Source of the DNA: Macrostomum hystrix
Lineage: Eukaryota; Animalia; Platyhelminthes
Length of the DNA stretch: 64,000 nt
NCBI GenBank assembly: GCA_950097015.1
Contig: CATNEN010000038.1
Span: 15,376,001-15,440,000 of the forward strand
Direction: 5' to 3'
The position numbers and the translations under genes were made by a program. This document shows positions 60,710 to 64,000 of this stretch, piece after piece; the first letter of the stretch is position 1; each line of letters begins with the position of its first letter. Below the pieces are notes generated by a model. The model had not been told where the DNA came from. It saw only the letters and a list, made by a program, of their open reading frames with translations, and ran no database searches.

Positions 60710-62614
60710 GCACTCCTGCTGAAAATACTACTCTTCGCATTGCTCTGTACCACGGCGGAGACGATAAACCCAAGACACCAGAACTGGGTGGACACACCGA
60801 TGTACTGCCCGGAGCCCTCCAGGCCACAGATCTTCAAGCTGCCACCGGACATCGAGTGCAAGATGCCTAGCAGTATACAACAGCACCGACAGCCGATCAA
60901 CCTGACAATCTTTAGACCAAACCAGGTCTCTCACCGATCAACACTCAAGATCTGTTACCGAGAAACGTATGTCTTCACCAGCGTAGCACTGAAAACGATT
61001 GCCGCTAAAGTGGTAAGACCAGAAATGACTGTTACGGTGCAGAAACATCTAGTTTCAGAGGAAGATTGTGAGTCCTGGGAGGAAGGTTACCGAACACCAG
61101 ATGGCATCCTTGAAGAAGATGGGAAAGCTCCGAACAAAGCTGAACGCTTTACTACTCACATCTGGACAACAGAGGAATTCGACCCAACGGCTAGTACCCA
61201 AACTAGATATACGAAATCAGCGTCCACGCTGATAACGAAAATTCCGTTCTTCGTGGTGAATAAGAAAATGTCATCGCTATATATCCCACTAGGACATTGC
61301 AATTACACCATAGGAAAATGTCTTCACGAGTCCACTCTACAGGCCGAGAAGGATGCGCCGTTGGAGAGACAAGTACCCAATAAATTATGGGAAGCTCTGA
61401 GATACTACGACACAACATTCAAGGTCGCTGGAGAACGCCAGTACAGATATGCCTGGACACCCAGCGCTGCAATTGACTGCCCGTACCAGGAAGACAGGCG
61501 AATTGAAGGAACCATACACACAGGATGGTTAATGTCCAAGGACGCTACCTACGCTTTGACTTTTAAACACCCACCACACTCAATGGAGCTGAAATGCGGA
61601 GGAACGACAACTAAACTATTCAGGTCAGAACAAGGAAAGTTGGTTAAACTAGAAGGATCCGAAGCAGAATTCTTATCGATAGTACAAGGCAATTTTAATA
61701 ACTCTAGCACAGCAAAGAGGGCAAAGAGAGACTTGGTATCACAGGAAACTCTAGCAGCGAAACTACAGAGCGTTGAACTTACAATGGAAAACAGAATTGG
61801 TGATCTGACTCGTCATGTAATCCTTCAACAATGCCGACTCCAACAGACCATTTTTAGATACATTAAAGACTTCATAAGGATACAACCAACACTAGCGGTG
61901 AGGACACTGTTCAAAGACAAGCACCTCAAGGCCAGAACAATAGCCCAGCATGTCGTAATCTTCAAATGCATCCCAGTGACCGACTTCGAATTCCATCAAC
62001 CACACTGGAATCAAAGCCGATGTTTCTCCAAACCTCCGTTGAAGTACAAAGTAGCGGAGACCAACCGTACAGGATTTTTGGACGTAAGAACTATGGAAAT
62101 TGAGACAGAGCACCCCACCTTTCAGGACTGCTCGAACCGAACTGGATACCTGTTACCCAAAGAGGACAAAGTGTACAAGGTCGACTCAAATTTCACCAGC
62201 TTCGAACTTATACAGGTAAAGAAATTGAAGAACGAAGATTGGGGAATAGAGGCTATGAAATTACCTAACATCAAACGGATTATCTTTACACCAGAAACAG
62301 ATATTAAAATAGAAGAAATCCGAAGGCCAATTACATTGCACGATCTGTACACGCAGATGAAGGACCAGAGAGAATTTCTGAGAACGGTATTTAAACTACC
62401 AAAGCAGAAGACTTCACAGACGCTCGACCTCCCACCATTGGAAGCAAACATAGCCCTCAAAACTTATGACTTCGCATCTTGGATGCCGTGGATAGGCATA
62501 AAACTCAATATTTTCAACATAGCCGTTGGAGCTGCCGCTCTCTGTGTATACTTCTACATCATACTTAAAACCATAATAGTTTGTCACAGGCTCTATCGGA
62601 AAAAGTACGAGTGA
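60710..62614 (+). CDS. env: Envelope-like glycoprotein (class III / herpesvirus gB-type fusion protein)
   Basis: Signal-peptide-like ALLLKILLFALLCTTAE (in frame, upstream of the tracked ORF), at least 7 N-glycosylation sequons, furin site KRAKR (61715-29), gB-like PTLAVRTLF...LKARTI...VVIFKCIPV...CFSKPPL, C-terminal TM. No in-frame ATG for the signal peptide. Confidence 0.8.
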   Translation, partial: ALLLKILLFALLCTTAETINPRHQNWVDTPMYCPEPSRPQIFKLPPDIECKMPSSIQQHRQPINLTIFRPNQVSHRSTLKICYRETYVFTSVALKTIAAKVVRPEMTVTVQKHLVSEEDCESWEEGYRTPDGILEEDGKAPNKAERFTTHIWTTEEFDPTASTQTRYTKSASTLITKIPFFVVNKKMSSLYIPLGHCNYTIGKCLHESTLQAEKDAPLERQVPNKLWEALRYYDTTFKVAGERQYRYAWTPSAAIDCPYQEDRRIEGTIHTGWLMSKDATYALTFKHPPHSMELKCGGTTTKLFRSEQGKLVKLEGSEAEFLSIVQGNFNNSSTAKRAKRDLVSQETLAAKLQSVELTMENRIGDLTRHVILQQCRLQQTIFRYIKDFIRIQPTLAVRTLFKDKHLKARTIAQHVVIFKCIPVTDFEFHQPHWNQSRCFSKPPLKYKVAETNRTGFLDVRTMEIETEHPTFQDCSNRTGYLLPKEDKVYKVDSNFTSFELIQVKKLKNEDWGIEAMKLPNIKRIIFTPETDIKIEEIRRPITLHDLYTQMKDQREFLRTVFKLPKQKTSQTLDLPPLEANIALKTYDFASWMPWIGIKLNIFNIAVGAAALCVYFYIILKTIIVCHRLYRKKYE

Positions 62615-63973
62615 CCAGGAATTCGGGCAATTCAAAGACGGATAAAGGCGACGCGAGAACAACACGAATTGTTAGTACAGCCAAGCACGGACACTAGCTA
62701 CAGACACACGGGCCCACGCCGCCCAGCACCAGAGGCACCAACCACAAATAAGGAACAGCATCACCCGATGATTCCGTCTGCTCCACTGGCTTCATCAATC
62801 TATCCGACGATCAGCTCATGGCCACCGCCGATAGTGGCAGCAATTACGAACGGCCAGAAATACACGGTGACACGACTGAAGATAGGCACGCGAGTCTGCA
62901 GAGCGCTGATAGACAGCGGAGCTGAGAGGTCGCTGATAGACGAAGCGACGGCGCGCCGATACAGTGACAGCTTCGAGAAGCCGACGACAGAGCTACAAGG
63001 AGTACACGGAGGAAATCTCACGCAATCCGGAATGATCACGTTACCAGTCGAAGCAGGAAACGCAATCGTCAACGTTAAGTTTCATGTCATTCCTAACTTG
63101 AGCTCTGGGAGATACCATGCACTCCTGGGAATTGATTACTTAAGTCAGTTGCAGGAGGGTATGTCTATCAATTACCAACAGCAACAGATGCAGTTAAATG
63201 GCAGATCGTATGAAATCATGACAGTCGCCGCCCAAGAAGCCCCAAATAAGATCAGACTAGTTTCCGTGGTAAACCTGAATCCATGGGAAACAGCTCAAAT
63301 TACAGCTAGAACCGACTCAAAGGAGGAATTGCCTGACACGGTACTTTTCGAGCCAGACAGGGGTATCGTCGAGAATAAGGCGATAGGTCTGACTCAGGAG
63401 ATAGTTCATCCGGACGAGAAGGGAGAGATACACGTTCTCATATCTAACGAATCAGCCAGACCGATCACTCTGTACCCGGATACAGCCATAGGTTCGTATG
63501 AGGCAGATATAAAGACATATGAAATAGCTGTGAATCAGGAACAGGCACCGGCAATGACAGAGACAGAATTCAGAGATGCGATTAATCTGCAGGGAGCCGA
63601 GATAACAGCAGAGCAGAAAGAACAACTAAGAGAAATCCTCTGGGAGAACAAGGAAGCATTTCGTCTCTCAGATGATGAGATAGGCTTTACAGAAGTAGCG
63701 AAACACGAACTCCACATAAAACCGATTGTGGAGGTGAAGCTGATTTCAAATCAAGAGTCTTTCCAAGTGCACACCGACAGGCTGAAGCCAATGGCCACGT
63801 CAACACCACATGTGATGCTTCCTGACCTCAGACCGAGCGACCCACAGCGCCACCAGCGACAGCCAAGGCAGCGATTCACCAAGGAAGTGAGTGTGCAGGC
63901 AGAGGAGCTGGACGCACAGGCCGATACAGCTCGGAAGAAATACAATCTGAGGAGTAAAGTGAAACTTCTTTGA
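62615..63973 (+). pseudogene. pol: pro-pol remnant: retropepsin protease, linker, RT N-terminus fused in frame to integrase C-terminal tail
   Basis: ALIDSGAERSLI and LLGIDYL (aspartic protease); EQKEQLREILWENKEAF...IGFTEVAKHELHI (pre-RT); VHTDRLKP...KYNLRS (gypsy IN tail). No YxDD, RNase H or DDE motifs. Confidence 0.82.
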
Positions 63974-64000
63974 CAACTGATGTCAAGGTAGCGAGGAAGC

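Larger units (their letters stand above)
59867..64000 (+). mobile_element. Ty3/gypsy-like LTR retroelement with env-pro-(deleted pol) order; runs off the window end. 5' boundary/LTR (~59867-60367) tentative
   Basis: Intronless env-like and protease ORFs; candidate LTR TGT...ACA (tgtcgtcaattt / aaattaca), unconfirmed because no second LTR or clear PBS is visible. Confidence 0.78.

Overview
Eukaryotic (metazoan) genomic DNA with spliceosomal introns, AT-rich intergenic DNA and a different minisatellite in most large introns. This style suggests a free-living flatworm such as Macrostomum, but that is inference only. Eight complete spliced genes can be built by hand with exon totals divisible by 3: an SPR/MIP-receptor-like GPCR (+), casein kinase 1 delta/epsilon (-), an OCRL/INPP5B-like 5-phosphatase (+), DNA ligase I (-), an R7-family RGS (-), 14-3-3 (-), CCDC153 (+), and an unusual ankyrin-repeat/caspase fusion (+). 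The last exon of a FAM221B-like gene (-) is also present. Three of the 27 modelled introns use GC donors. Two tRNA-derived SINE families and three MITEs with TIRs and TSDs are present. The most striking feature is the Ty3/gypsy-like retroelement at the window end. A herpes-gB/class-III-like envelope ORF lies UPSTREAM of pro-pol in the same frame, separated by a single UGA-C codon. PSAP/YPxI late-domain-like motifs follow the stop, no gag is visible, and RT/RNase H/integrase core appear removed by an in-frame deletion.
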